Source: Hemiscyllium ocellatum (taxonomy: Eukaryota). Taken from it: DNA of 64,000 nucleotides. Of the stretch, positions 1 through 13,919 are shown piece after piece; position 1 is the stretch's first letter, and each line of letters begins with the position of its first letter. Location: positions 4,066,117 to 4,130,116 of the forward strand of contig NC_083410.1 of assembly GCF_020745735.1 (NCBI RefSeq), read 5' to 3'. Below the pieces are notes generated by a model that was not told the origin of the DNA, did not search any database, and saw only the letters and a program-made list of their open reading frames with translations. The position numbers were made by a program, and so were the translations under genes.

Positions 1-1150
1 TAAAGTACTGGACAAACCTCTGGACTTTTCAAAACTTTTAATAAGCAAATGAAAGCTGGAATGTATCCTGTGGAGAACACACAAACCCAACCCATAGATC
101 TGAACTGGCTGTCTGGAACCTTTGCTCAGCCTGCATTTCCAATATACACATCATCTCTGTAAGAACAATCAACTGAAACAGACTCTGGCCTGAGGCTGCT
201 TTTACACCTCAGTCTCCCCAGAACAGACAGCATGGGGCCTGCAGAGATACCAGACATTCAACTCCAACCAAAATCCATTCACACACACTCTGAACAATTA
301 GGAAAGCAATTGATTTCAAAAGAAAGACCAGAAAGCATAAGTTTGGCGTGAAGATAAGGGGCTCACAATTAGTATAGTTGCAGGACCTGACCTCCCCCTA
401 GACAGCAATCCTCTTATAGCAATCCCCAGATGAGATCACCCCCCCCCCCGGAAATGTTCCAAAGTGTGACTTCCAGATGAAGAATTCCAACAGCTCATTC
501 CAAGAGCCACTGACACAGGCCTGTTCTGAAACAAAGGAATCCACAGAGACCAATCACAAACAACAAATCCAAAAACTGACAAACCCCAAAAACCAGTGAC
601 CTGATTGACACCACAAGGTCTCAGATACATCCTGAGGTGAAACCCAGGCCTGGAAAACCAGCAGAAAGGAAAGAAATCCAAGCCCCGATAGATCCACTAC
701 CCACCATACTGCATCAGCAGATTCAACTCAGACTGATAGGCCTTCGCAGCCTACAGTCTTCACCCACGCTCTGGGCACAGCAAGCAGGAACAGCCAGCTG
801 TACATCAAAAACAGCATTTTCCTCAGCGGTGAGCTGAAACTCCCGAGACTCTCAGGTTTCTAACCGAGCCAGCAGGGAGGGGGAACTGGGAGATGACAGT
901 GCATTGGGACACTAAGGGTAGGAAGCCTGATTAAAGTTTCTATGATTAAAACTGTTGGTTTTTGGTTTTAATAGTATTTAACCTGGCTCATTGTGTAATT
1001 AACAGTATTACTGCTGTCTGCAGAATTGATTATGTCAATTTTCCTGTTTATTGCATTAACCCGCATCTCTATTATTATACTTGCTTTTTGTATTGTAAAT
1101 GGACAGAAAGATTCTTTGGCCCTGACATACCTGACTGCAGTCTTCTTCAT
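1..1150. mobile_element. Possible LTR-like repeat (window-truncated)
   Basis: Composition and the T-rich 3' part resemble the other LTRs here. No terminus could be confirmed. Confidence 0.25.
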
Positions 1151-1949
1151 TTCAGATTTCCTCAATAAGTCCAGTGTCTACAACCAGGAATCTGCAGGTG
1201 ATTGGAACCACTTAAAAATCAAACATTTCCTGACAGAAAATCAGAAACCTGCCCGCGCAGCCACTGCTGCCTGACACAAAAGCAAAACAGGAAAAGTGGC
1301 TGAACCATGACTTACATGGCAAATTAGAGACAATATGAGATCCAAGGAAGAGACAAAAAAATTGGCCTGGGAAATAACAGCCCCGGCAAGTGATTAATTA
1401 ATAATTAAATGGAAGAGGAAATAATGCATGAGAGTTAGCTTGAGGGGAAACTGACTGTAAAGGTTTCTGCAGGAATGTGAAGAGAAAAAGATTTTTGAAG
1501 ACTGCAAGGGACCTCCACGAAGGAATTTATAATGGGGAACAAAAAGTGGCTGACCAACAAATTACATCTTTGAATCTGTGTTCACAAAGGACGCAGGCAA
1601 AATATCAGAAATATTCAAAATCTCAGGGTTAAGTGAAAGGGAGAAACTGAAGGAAATCAGGATTACAGGGAAATGATGCTGGGAAAATTTCTGGGATTTC
1701 AGGATGGCAAATCCCCAGGCTGATAACCAACTTTGCAGAGCACTTAAGGAAGTTTCTATAATAGTAGTGATTTCATTGGTGATCGAGTCATAGAGTCATA
1801 CATTGCAGGAAAGGCCCTTCATGCAGTTGATGCTGTACTGACAATAACCACCACTAAACGCACTGTAATCCCAATTTCCTGTACTTCTCCTATATCTTTG
1901 GTCATCTTCTGAGTTAGTACAAACTCCAGAACAGTCCCATTGAGATGAG

Positions 1950-2760
1950 AGGCTAGCTAATGTAACCCCACTGTGTAATAAAGGGAGGCAGAGAGAAAAG
2001 AAAGAATAATAGAGCAGTCAGTCTGACATTGATCATGGGGAAAAAGCTTGAATCTATTGTGAAAAGATTCATAGAGCGAATGGAAAATTGAGTCAGCAGG
2101 ACTTTATAACAGAGAAATCGAGCTTGACAAACCCGCTGGAATTCTTTGTTGATGTGACTCACAGAGTTGATGATAGGGATATTGTTTATTTGAACTACAG
2201 AAAGCTTTTGAGAAAGTACCACAAAAGAAATTTAAATAAATTAAAGTGTAGAGGATTGGAGGTAGTTAAGTGATGTGAATAAAGGACTGATTAGCAGATA
2301 AGAAACAAAGAGTGGGAACATTTGAATGTTTTTATGACTGGCAGCCAGATGGGTATTGTGGGGATCAGTGCTAGCACCCCAACTATTCACAACATACATT
2401 AATGATTTCAATGAGGGAACGAAACGTAATGACTAAATATAATTTTCAGATGACACAAACCTGGGTGAGAGGGAGAGCTGCAAATAGGATGCAGAGATGC
2501 TGCAGTGTGAGTTGGACAGGCTGAGTGAGTGGGCATATGCATGGCAGCTACAGGATAATATGGATAATGTGAGATTATACCCATTGGTACAAAAACAGGA
2601 AGGCAGGTTATCTTCTGAATGGTGATAGATTGGGAAACAGGGGAGGTGCAATGAGACCTGGGTGTCCTTGTACATCAGTCACTGAAAGGAAGTGTGTGGG
2701 TGCAACAGGCAGTGAAGAAGGCAAATGGGATGTTGGCCTCAAAGATTCAAGTAGAGTACA
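1950..2760 (+). mobile_element. CR1 LINE ORF2 (RT) fragment
   Basis: Decayed RT motifs (SLTNPLEFF, DIVYLNYRK, FSDDTNLG). Confidence 0.8.
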
Positions 2761-2979
2761 TCACAGGAAAGGGCTTGTATCAACACATTTCTGAAACAAA
2801 AACCATTTGCCTTTACATGGGCTGTTGAGTAAATATCATGATTTCAGGCTTCTTTTAGCTTCTCATTATTTCTTTGATATAATAATTTTCACCCTTCCTC
2901 AAAGTTGATTTATCTTACTGTGAGTGTCCAACAGTTAATGATTAAGATTGTTCCCCTTGTCATGTCAGGAAGATTGTGT

Positions 2980-3480
2980 TTAGTTTACACAGGACTGGAG
3001 AAGAACTTGGAGAGGGAGGAGAAGGATCCATCATCATTGTCTATGTTGGGACCAACGACACTGGGAGCACAAGAAAGGATGTCTCACTGAAAGACTGTGA
3101 CCAATAGGGAGCTAAATGATAAAGCAGAAACTTCAAGGTAAGAATCTTTGGATTACTGCCTGAGCCACAGCAAACTGACACGGGGTAAATACAGTCAAGC
3201 AGTTCAATACATGGCTCAGAGTTCAGTCTGAGTGGAATGGGTTTCAGTTAGTGTGGCACTGGCACCAGTACTGGGATAAAAGGGAGCTGTTCTTCTGTGT
3301 CAGGCTTCACTTGAACCCTGTTGGGACTAGTGCCCTGGTTAATTGAATAACTAGGGCTGTAGAGACGGTTTTCAACTGATTAGAAGGGGGCAGGATTCAG
3401 GAGAAAGGGGCTGGGGTCTGACAAAGCAAAAGGAGACTGCAGCTACATTACCCAGAATGGGACAGGAACAGACAGAGGAT
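2980..3480 (+). mobile_element. CR1 ORF1 SGNH-esterase fragment
   Basis: Reading IIVYVGTNDTG... and a later W..YWDKRELF...RLHLN motif typical of fish CR1 ORF1. Confidence 0.65.
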
Positions 3481-4667
3481 ACTAACACAGAAAAACAGTA
3501 GTGAACAGGGTCACCAGGGGAAATAATGTTAAAAAGGCAACTAATAACTGTTTACTTTTCTGCACATAGTATTCAGAACAAAATAACTGAGATAACGGCC
3601 TGATTTCCCGTGAACGTAGAATTGTGAAGAAGAGTCGGATCAAACATGTAACATTCACTCTGTTTCTCTCTCGGCAGATTCTGCCAGACATCCTGAGTTT
3701 CTCCAGCATTCTCTGTATTTGGTTCAGGTTTCCATCATCTGCAATATTTTGATCATCTCAACAGATTGACAGCACTGTTTCTCCACACAGTTTATTGTAC
3801 GTTCAGTTAAAACAATGCAACATAAAGTGTCCCAGCCAACAACAGCTTCTTTAATGTCTCATTTCTCAGAAGTTCAAGAAGTTAAAGTGTTAGTAAAGGG
3901 GAAGCAGTGACAATGAACCAAAGGCTGTTGTCTTCTGAGGGAGGATACTAGTTTCTGGATTTTCTAAATGTGGCTCAGAAAGGTTTATTTCAGGAATCAT
4001 GATAATTACTTATTTATTGCAAGTTCCTCACAACCAGTCACCAAAACTTCGAGAATTCACACATTTGTTGCAACCCTATGAATGCTCAAAACAGTTATTA
4101 AAAAACACAGTTCCCAAACCCCCAACTTTACAACAACTGCCATTTATGTAGCCGTGTGTACTCAGTAAAATTATGGCAAAACTTTTCAAAAGTGAGGAAA
4201 TGAACAAATGTTAACATCAATTGAGAAATGTGATCACAAGACAATAAACCAAAACATTTAATCAAAAAACTGAAATTGCTGGAGAAACTCAGCAGGTCTG
4301 GCAGTGTCTGTGGGGAGAGAAACAGAGTTAATGTTTTCTGTTCAATGTGACTCTGCTTCAGAAACTTGATCAAATGGTTTGGTCTGAAGCAGCATCTGAA
4401 AGGGAAAAGGACAATGGAGAAATGAGAGAGTTTAAACTGGAGAATCCCTGAAAATAGACCCAGGGATCACAATATGTGATTAACCCATGGCCAATCATTG
4501 TAGTCTCAGCTGGAGATCACCAAGCAGAATACAGGATTAGTTAAATACAGAGCCAGAAATTACTTCTCAGCAACCTGTGAGGGTGTGCTGGACCACAGGG
4601 TGGGGTTTGATCCCTGACCTTGTGGACCATAGTTAGGGACACTGCCAGCGTGCCACAGCCCCCTGGT

Positions 4668-4992
4668 TAGATTCAATTCCTTATAGTGTGAAAACAGGCC
4701 CTTCGGCCCAACAAGTCTATACCGACCCTCTGAAGAGGGACCCAGACAGACCCATTCCTCTACATTCACCCCTAACTAATGCACCTAACACTATGGGCAA
4801 TTTACCATGGCCAATTCACCTAACTTTCACATCTTTAGACTGTGGGAGGAAATCGAAGCACCTGGAGGAAACTCACGCAGACACGGGGAGAATGTGCAAA
4901 CTCCACACAGTCAGTTGCCCACGATGGGAATTGAACCCAGTTCCCTGGCGCTGTGAGGCAACAGTGCTAACCACTGAGCCACCGTGCCGCCC
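4668..4992 (-). mobile_element. HE1-type SINE
   Basis: Same head and core (tgtgcaaactccacacag ... ccactgagccaccgtgccgccc). Confidence 0.88.
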
Positions 4993-5559
4993 TGATCCTG
5001 ACATTGGTTACACATCTCAAGGGCAGCAGCTTCTCTCAGACAATTGGTTCGAGCCATTTGTCATTTCTGTTGCTGTTCATTCCCAGGCAGTTGTTGATAA
5101 CACATGAACACACAGTGGATTAGGGTGATGTGGGAGGGGAAAACTTTGTCACCTCAAATGTACACAAGCTGCCAGCAGCTCCTGGTCAGACTTTTCACTT
5201 ATTTAGCTCAAGAACACAGACACACAGTTTAATGGTCAGATAATTTTTTTTTATTCAGCAATTGGTTGTATCAGTGAAATCAAGCACAATTGAAAATATC
5301 TGCTGAAATCACTCCGTCAAAACATAATTGTCAAAGATAAACAAGAAGAAAACACCCAAACCACAGGCAATGTCTGTTGTACCTTGTTGCTCATGATGTC
5401 ATTTTCCAGTCTCTTACTGCAACATTTGAAAGCCATATTAGGTCAAAATGTAGAAGCTAATGAGTAGATTGGCTCAAACCTGATTGAACAAGAATACCTT
5501 GCAGTTTTATCGGGCATTTAACACAGGAAACCTTCCATGGTTTCTCACATGGAGTCACA

Positions 5560-5846
5560 TGGGGAGGTATTCGTCTGGGTGACATTCCATCATGGCAGCT
5601 GAGATGAGGAGGAATTTCATCAGCTCGAAGTTGATAAATCTGTGGAACTCAATATGCAGGGGGCTGTAGAGGCCAAGTCATTGAGTGTATTTAAGACTGA
5701 GATAGATAGATTTTGGATCAGTAAGGGGGTCAAAGGTTATTTGGAGTGGCCAGGAGAATGAGGTTGAGAAAAATGTGAGCCATGATGGTGAACCAGGCTC
5801 GATGGGCCAAATGGCCTCACTCTGCTCTTACATCTTATGGTCTTAT
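5560..5846 (+). mobile_element. CR1 3' end
   Basis: EMRRNF...LWNS motifs, 3' UTR and a tcttatggtctta tail. Confidence 0.8.
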
Positions 5847-5995
5847 AGATTAAACTGAGGGCCAGCAATTGTTCAGGTGTAGCCCTCCACATTACAGGTG
5901 GAGTTGGCTGCATCACTGGGCTGCACATTTGTAATGGGCAGAATGAAGTTGATCTCGGAGGGCTCTCTGGAAGGTTAAAATGAATTAGGAAAACT
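5847..5995 (-). pseudogene. 3' fragment of V-J exon (same family), cut by ERV sequence on one side and a CR1 3' end on the other
   Basis: The minus strand reads FPNSF*PSREPSEINFILPITNVQPSDAANSTCNVEGYT*TIAGPQFNL. The string acaaatgtgcagcccagtga is shared exactly with the 43.5 kb copy. Confidence 0.75.
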
Positions 5996-5999
5996 GAAG

Positions 6000-8900
6000 G
6001 ACTTCCTGGTGAATTATTTCTGAAATGAGGATACTGTCATTGTTTATAAAAGGGGGGAGACAGCTGCTATACATTCCTTGGGGAACCCAGGATCTGGAAA
6101 GGCTGAGAAATGTGTTGCCAAGTTCACATGATGGAGTAGGAACTTGGTTTAGAGCCTTTGAATATGAAACCACAAGGCAGTTGTTGGCTGTGGGGGCGTT
6201 TGAAGGCACTGCTAATACAGGTGGTGTGACTCCTGAAATTAAGAGAGATAATGGACTGAGCCCACCTGAAGCATGTTGTGGACAATCCGATGATTGATGG
6301 TGTTGGGTTTTATTGAGTAACACAAAGAGTATGGCAGGCCCTCAGACTGTAACCCACCTAAGGTTGATCCCAAAGCCTTTGGGAGACACTGAAAAGCCAG
6401 CAGCTGATTTGGACAACTAGTTGAAAAGTTGGAGGCTTGAAATAGAACAAGTTGTGGAAGGTAGTCAACTGTTAACCGCAATGTTCCAGATTGCTACTGT
6501 CGAGGCAATGCCCCTCAATTCAAATCTAAGTTAGAGGAGGTAGTGGGTCTGACATCCATGGCCTGCCAGGAATTTAGAAATCATGTAGTCCATGCAGTTG
6601 AAAGGTACTGGATAGACAGAAAGAGGCCGGCTGAACAGCAGGAGGAGGTGCAAAGGCAGTTGACATTGTTATAGCTTGAGGATTCTAAAAAGAAAGAAAG
6701 AGAGATAAGCCAGACCATCTTGCCTGTGACATCTGGGCTGATCAACACTAATGCAATGAACACCATGCTGGTCCAGGGAGATCCCCTCTAAAGCCACCTG
6801 GCAAGGGCCACAGGGGCCATGCTGATACACATTTTTGGAGAGACTTTTCCACAAGGGTAAAACAAAATTAGACGGAACTGGGGTCTCCAAGGACAGGAAC
6901 GGAGAGGTGGGGGTGGGGAACCAAAGGGTATGTTGGGAAGTCAGATTCAGAGAGGATCAGGAGTAGTGTGTTGGGGGTGTAATCAACTAGGCCATTTGAA
7001 GAGAGATTGTCCATATTGGCCTGCACCCTCCTGGCCCTAGGGAGGATCTATGAGTCAGGGACATCCAGCTGTCCTGCCATAACTCCCTGCTGGCCTGACG
7101 GGGCCTGCAAATCCATATAGGGGTGCCCAGAAAAACCAAGTGGGAAGGGGCTATACCCTATAATGACAAGGGAGACTGAACAGGAACCTATTTTACAGGT
7201 TAATGGAGAAGGACAGTTGACACCTATGATGATAGATACTGGAGTTATGTATACTTGTGTGCAACCGCAGTATGCCTCCCACCTTCGCATGCCAGGTAAA
7301 TGTATTAAGATTGTAGGGTTCTCAGATTAACTGCAGTTGACAAGGTTTACAATTCCTGTAAGTTTACAAATGTATAATAAAAGTCATTTTGCCTTTATTA
7401 GTCTTGAGAGGGACACCAATTAATTTGTTGTGTAGGAACACTTTATTGAAGTTAGAATTAGAATTGAAATGTATTCATAAGGGATTTAGTGTAGACAGAA
7501 CGAATTCTCAGTTGGTGTTGCAGGGCGCCAGGGAGGCCAATAGTCGACATAGATGGTTATAATTTGGGAAATTTGGGAAAAATGGAGTACAGACACTTTA
7601 GCTTTATTGCCTTTGGCTGAGTCACCGTAGTCTGAGCTGCATTGTACAGTAATTTTTGACGAGATTTCATGTGAAGACTTAGGGAGCAGTGGCACTGTGA
7701 GGTTGTCACCCCACATAATTTACAGAGTGTACCTATACTCTGTATAGCGAAGGGGCTTCCAGAAGAGCAATGAAGCTCCCATACAACATTGTTAGCAGAT
7801 TGCTTAGTTGGTGACTGCATTGATGATACCTGCAGCATTAGCTATTATACAGTGTCAGGGAAACAAGATAGGTAGTGATTTAATGGTCAAGGGTAATCAG
7901 GCGGCAGATGAAGTGGTTAGACTGGCTTCTGGGTGTGCTTCAGCTGTCATTGCACCCCAGGTGTGCTTAGCTCGGGGCCAACCATAGCCGACATCATTGC
8001 AGTGCATGGGGAGGCGACCTTAGTAGAGCAGCTGTTGTGAGGACAAATCGAGGCCAGGTGTAACCAGGAGGGCTTGCGGTGCACAGAGGAAGGTTTGTGG
8101 GTGGCACCTACCCCTTTGTTGACCATTCTTATCTGAGACCCTCATAGGTTAGGTCACTGTACTTGAGGTGAAGTGCTGAGGAAGATAATTAGGGATGACC
8201 AGACAAAAGATGAAAAAGTATAGGCCGATTAGCCTAACCGCGGTTGTAGGTAAAATTCTAGAATCCATCTAAGGTCGGATTAGAACAAGTCAGCCTAGAT
8301 TTAGTAAGGGAAGGTGACGCCTGATAAACCTCTTTGGAGTGGTAACAAGTAGGTTAGACCAGAGAAACTCAGTGGGTGTTGTCTATCTAGATTTCAAAAA
8401 GGCCTTTGATAAGGTGCCTCACGGGAGGCTGCTGAGTAAGGTGAGGGCCCCTGGTGTTTGAGGTGAGCTACTGGATTGGGTATTGGCTGTCTGACAGAAG
8501 ACAGAGAGTTGGGATGAAAGGTTCTTTTTCAGAATAGCAGCTGGTGACAAGTGGGGTCCCACAGGGTTCAGCTAACTATGATGCATGTGTCAATCCACAC
8601 AGGAAATACTGTGGGAGCCAGTATCTGGTAATTGGAAGGGGCCTATTGTACCTGGTGATCAGGTGTATGTACGGATTTTCTGGAGAAAATGGAACGACCT
8701 GAGGGAGAGGGTCCCTTTACGGTACCAGGGCATTGCCTACTGCCGTTCAATTGGAGGGTCGATCCACGTGATATCATCTTAGTCACTGTATCCAGGTTCT
8801 CCCACAGGCACAGACGGGCTCCAGGGTTGAGATTTGTGAGGGTTGAGAAGGGGCTGCGATGGTTGAAAGGACATGTTGGGGCCTGTTACTCCTTTACATG

Positions 8901-9830
8901 GCCTTTAGTAGTCGGCGAGTGAGGCCTTTGGGGTGGTGGTGCCTCCGAGGTCATCGGTGATGCGTTTGTGGAAGGAGACCTCTCTCCTTCTTTTATGGCT
9001 GAGGTTGGGTTGAGGGAGGTGACTAAGGCCCTCTCCCCAGTCCTGCACCTTTCTGCTGCTGTGCTGACTTGGGGGTCCATCGATTTGGCAGACTTGGAGG
9101 TTCTTGCTCAGTCGTGCCAATGTCCTATCACAACTGACTATTCACCACCCTAAACAGGTATGTCCCTGATCCGGCAGTATACATTGTCTGTATAGATTAG
9201 CTAAGGGGTTTCCCCAGTATGTCCAAGGCCAGGAATGCAAGTGCCGTGGGCTGGAAGTTGCTTATCCCTGCCACTGGGATTAGCAAGAATGCTGAGTGGA
9301 CTAGTTATATCTATTATAATCAGCAGAGATTTATTAATTACTCTGATGACGCCCTCTCTGTGTTGGGTGAGCAATTGGATGTGGCCAGTTGGATGGCGTG
9401 GCAGACTCAGCAGGCCTTGGACTGATCGTTGGCTGAGGAAAGTGGGGTCTGTGTCCTGTTTGGGGAGCATTGTTGTACTTTATTCCCAACAATACTAGCT
9501 CGGACGGATCTTTTACTCAGGCGATGGATAAGCTGTGGAATTTATGGGAGGAGCTTAAGGAGAATATGGGGTCCAGCCATCGGGTCTTTGGCTGGTTGGA
9601 TGGTGTTTTCAGTGAATGGGGGATTTGGTTCACTATATCTGGGATTGTTACGGGGGTTTGTCTCGCTTGTTGCTGCCGTTATGTGCTCTTCCTCTTGTTA
9701 AGTCTTTTTTTCAGTGCGTCTTGCTGCTCGATGGTTCCCTATTGTTCCAGTGGATTCTGGCCCAGCCCCCTCTTTTTTACAGAACATTGAGTGACTCTTC
9801 CACAGCAAAGGCTGCAGTGGAACGGTTGAA
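6000..9830 (+). mobile_element. Defective endogenous retrovirus (class I / fish-type): gag-pro-[RT deleted]-RNase H-IN-env remnants
   Basis: Gag-like ORF 6025-6297. CCHC knuckle CWGCNQLGHLKRDC at 6969-7010. Protease motif MIDTGVMYT at about 7225. RNase H-like KGNQAADEVVR at about 7890. Integrase C-terminus PGDQVYVR...EGPFTV at about 8650-8720. Env TM YIYYNQQRFINYSDDAL...QTQQALD*SLAEESGVCVLFGEHCC (CX6CC) plus a hydrophobic anchor at 9219-9790. No LTRs seen. Confidence 0.88.
8195..8580 (+). mobile_element. CR1 RT fragment nested in the ERV
   Basis: RPISLTAVVGKILESI, VYLDFKKAFDKVPH and VTSGVPQGS. Confidence 0.85.
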
Positions 9831-9849
9831 TTGTTTGTAGTTTTCCAAC

Positions 9850-10790
9850 CAAGAGAGATACAAACAATTGGAAGAGAAATATTGATAAATTAAGAGAGTG
9901 GACATTGCATTGGGAGTATAACATGGGGAAAATTTGCAACTGTCCAGTTTGGAAGAGAGAACCATGGGACAGGGAATTATTTTAATGGAGAAAATCTGCA
10001 GAAAGCAGCAAAACCACCAGACTTGGGGTTAGCTGTCCATGAAACTCCGAAAGCTAGCAAACAAGGGCAGCAGGTAATCAGGAAAACGGAAGGAATTTTG
10101 GCCTTTATTACAAAGTGGGTTGGAGTGTTAGAGTAGGGAACTTTTAGTGCAACTGTACAAGGGGCTGGGGAGATCATGTTTGGAGTACTGACAACAGTTT
10201 TGGTCCCTTATTAAAATAAAATTATCATTTCATTGTAGGCAGTTCAGAGAAGGCTCATTGGGATAATCCTTGTGATGGGAGGGATTGATTGTCTTTTGAA
10301 CAAAGGCTAAACAGGTTGGGACTCTACTCACTGGGGACTGGAAGAATGAGAGGTGATCTCATTGAACCCTATCAGATTATTAAGGGGCTTGGCAGGTGAA
10401 TGCTGAGAGGATGGTTCCCCTATGAACAGTCTCGTGTCAGAGGGCTCCATCTCAGAATAAAAGCAGCACCAATTTAAGATTGAGATGAGGAGGAAATTCT
10501 TCTCTCAGAGGGTTGTGAGTCTTTGGAACTTCTTACCACAAAGACTTGTGGGGGCAGAATCTTTGTGTATATTTAAGGCTGGGATTGATAGTTTCTTGAT
10601 GAGTTTCCAGGAAAGGGCAGGAATGCAGATAGATAGGTTTTTGATCAATCAGGGATTCAAGGGTTATGTGGGAAATGTAGGAATGTGGATGTGGAAATAT
10701 CAGAGCAGCCATGACCTTATGGAATGGTGGAAAGGCTTGAGGGGCAAAATGGCCGACTCCTGTTCCTTGTTCATATTGTCTTATAGGTTT
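9850..10790 (+). mobile_element. CR1 3' portion
   Basis: MRRKFFSQRVVSLWNFLP (ORF 10485-10841) and CR1 3' UTR. Confidence 0.85.
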
Positions 10791-10844
10791 ATATTCTACA
10801 ATGGACAGGGGGATTTTAAAGTAACAAAGGAGAAAGACTAGAAA

Positions 10845-11180
10845 CAAAAAATGAATCATAGAATCCCTACAGGCCCTTCAGCCCAACATGTCCACACCTA
10901 TCCTCAAAGGTGTAATGCACCCAGAACTATTCCTCTACCCTATTGGTCTACATTTACCCCTGAATAATGCACCTAACCTACACAGCCCTAAACACAATGG
11001 GCAATTTAGCATGGCCAATTCACCTAACGTGCATATCTTTGGATTGTGGGAGGAAGCCAGTGCAAACCCACGCAAACACAGGGAGAATGTGCAAACTCCA
11101 CACAGATAGTCGCACAAGGCTTGAACCAAACCCTAGTGCTGTCAAGCAGCAGTGCTAACCATTGAGTTATCATGCCTCCC
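10845..11180 (-). mobile_element. HE1-type SINE
   Basis: Same core and head motifs. Confidence 0.82.
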
Positions 11181-11649
11181 CTGATTGACATAAATTAACA
11201 TGCTCCCATCTTCGTAATACTGGACATGCCAAAGCCAATTGCTGGAAGTTCAACGGGAAATTGATTAGAATCAGAGGAATATCAAAATATTTTTCAGACA
11301 AAGATACATCACAAAAATAATAACTATTCTCACTATAAGATAGGGCAGAGAAAACTTTGAATGCACTAATGAGAGAGAAGGAAATCAGGACAGTCCAGAG
11401 AATTTGTTTTTAAATATGAACAAGGTGAGTGAGGCCACTGGAGGGTTTGATATTTGAGGGGAGTATTTCCTTCAGCTTCAAAGCCAGGAGGTAAACCAAG
11501 ACAGATCTTGAGAGACACTGGAGCAAGTCAGTCCCTGATGCTGCCTAAAGATCCTGTTTATCTTCCAAAGAGATTAGTGAAAGAGTAAATATTAATTGGA
11601 GGCATTCATGTAGATTATGCAGAGTTGGATTAAAAAGTGACTGCAACAT

Positions 11650-13680
11650 AATTGAAATGTGGAAGTCATGCAAGGAACAACTACTGCATGTCCTTGATAA
11701 GTATGTACTTGTCAGGCAGGGAGGAAGTGGTTGAGCGAGGGAGCTGTGGTTTTCAAAGGAAGTTGAATTTCTTGCCAAGAGAAAGAAGAAGGCTTATATT
11801 AGCATGAGATATGAAGGCTCATGGTTGAGATTTACAAGTTAGCCAGGAAAGACCTAAAGAGAGAGTGAAGAAAAGCCAGGAGGGGACATGAGAAGTCATT
11901 GGCAGAGAGGCTCAAGGAAAATGCAAAGGCTTTTTACAGATATATCAGAATAAAAGAATGACTAGAGTAAGATTACAACCAATCAAGGATAGTAGTAGAA
12001 AGTTGTGCGTGGAGTCTGAGGAGATAGGGGAAGCATGAAATGAATATTTTTCATTAGTATTTACACTAGAAAAAATGTTGTTGTGGAAAATACTGAGATA
12101 CAGTCTCCTAGACTAGATGGGATTGAGGTTCATATGGAGGAGGTGCTCACAATTTCGGAATACAGATGGGATTTATCCTAAGATTTTCTGGGAAGCCACG
12201 GAAGAGCTTACAGAGCCTTTGGCTTTGATTTTGATGCCATCATTGTCTACAGGAATAATTCCAGCAAACTGGAGGACAGTAAATGTTGTCCCCTTGTTCA
12301 AGAAGGGACGTAGAGACAACCCTGATAACTATAGATCATTGAGCCTTACATTAATTGTGGGTAGAGTGTTGGAAAAGGGTAATAAGGGAGAGGATTTATA
12401 ATCATCTAGAAAAGAATATGTTGATTAGGGATAGTCAACATGTTTTTGTGAAGGGTAGATTGTGTCTCACTAACCTTATTGAGTTTTTTGAGAAGGTGAC
12501 CAAACAGATGGATGAGGGTAAAGCGGTTGGTGTAGTCTATATGGATTTTAGCAAGGCATTTGATAAGGCTCCCCATAGTAGGCTCTTGCACAAAATACAG
12601 AGGCATGGAATTGGGGGTGATTTAGTGGTTTGGATCAGAAATTGGCTAGCTGAGTGGTAGTTGATGGGAAATATTCATCCTGGAGTTTAGTTACTGGTGG
12701 TGTATTGCAAGAATCTGTTTTGGGTTCACTGCTGTTTGTAATTTTTTAAGTGACCTGGATGAGGGCTTAGAAGGGTGGGTTAATAAATTTGCAGATGACA
12801 CTAAGATCGGTAGAGTTGTGGATAGTGCTGAAGGATGTTGTATGTTACAAAGGGACATAGAAAAGCTGCGGAACTGGGTGGAGAGGTGGTGAATGGAGTT
12901 TAATGCAGAAAAGTGTGAGGTGATTTACTTTGGAAAGAGCAATAGGAATGCAGAGTATTGGGCTAATGGTCAGATTCTTGGTCGTGTAAATAAGCAGAGA
13001 GATTGTGGTGTCCAGGTACATAGATCCCTGAAAGTTGCCACAGAGATTGGTAGAGCTTTTAAGAAGAGATACAGTGTGCTAGCTTTTATTAGTAGAGCTT
13101 CAGAACCATGAGTTCATGCTGCAGCTGTACAAAATGTTGGCGTGGACATACTTGGAGTATCACATACAATTCTGGTCACTGCATCATAGGAAGGATGTGG
13201 AAGCTTTGGAAAGGGTTCAGAGGAGCTTGACTAGGATGTTACCTGGACTGGAAGCAAGGTCTTACTAGGAAAAGCTGAAGGACTTGAGGGTGTTTTCATT
13301 TAGAGAAGAAGGTTGAGAGGTGACTTAATTCAGACATGTAAGACAATTAGTGGGTTAGATAGGGTGGACAGTGAGAGCCTCTTTCCTCAGATGGCAATGG
13401 CTAGCATGAGGGGACATAAATTTAAATTGAGGGGTGATAGATATAGGACCAATGTCAGGCATCATATCTTTACTCAGACAATAGTAGGGGTGAGGAATGC
13501 ACTGCCTGTAACAGTAGTTGACTCACCAACTTTAAGGGCATTTAAATTATCTTTGGCTGGTCATACAGACAAAAATAGAATAGTACAGAATAGATGGGCT
13601 TTGGATTGATGTCACAGGTTGTTGCAACATTGAGGGCCAAAAGACCTATACTGTGCTGTAATGTACTCTGTTCTCTGTTA
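11650..13680 (+). mobile_element. CR1 LINE, about 2 kb 3' portion
   Basis: NWRTVNVVPLFKKG, YMDFSKAFDKAPH, KFADDTK, MEFNAEKCEV and a 3' UTR. Confidence 0.92.
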
Positions 13681-13919
13681 AATGCAGAGGTGAGTTTGCA
13701 GTGAGAAAAGTAAAACACATTCTGATAGAAGGATTTTATTCTGTTTTGAATGACCTGCATGTTCAAGAATATCAGCCTTAACAACCGTGGAGGCCGTGGA
13801 ACAACCAGAGAAGATGAAATAAATTGAAATGTGACATAAGGAACATTCTGGATTTTATCCTCATTGTATTATCTCTAGAACTCAGGTTCATAGATTTAGA
13901 ACTATGGAATAATAGTCCA

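Noticed and set aside
1026-1274. Hydrophobic ORF resembling a TM or signal segment
   Set aside because: It lies in T-rich LTR-like sequence, with no splice signals or family motif.
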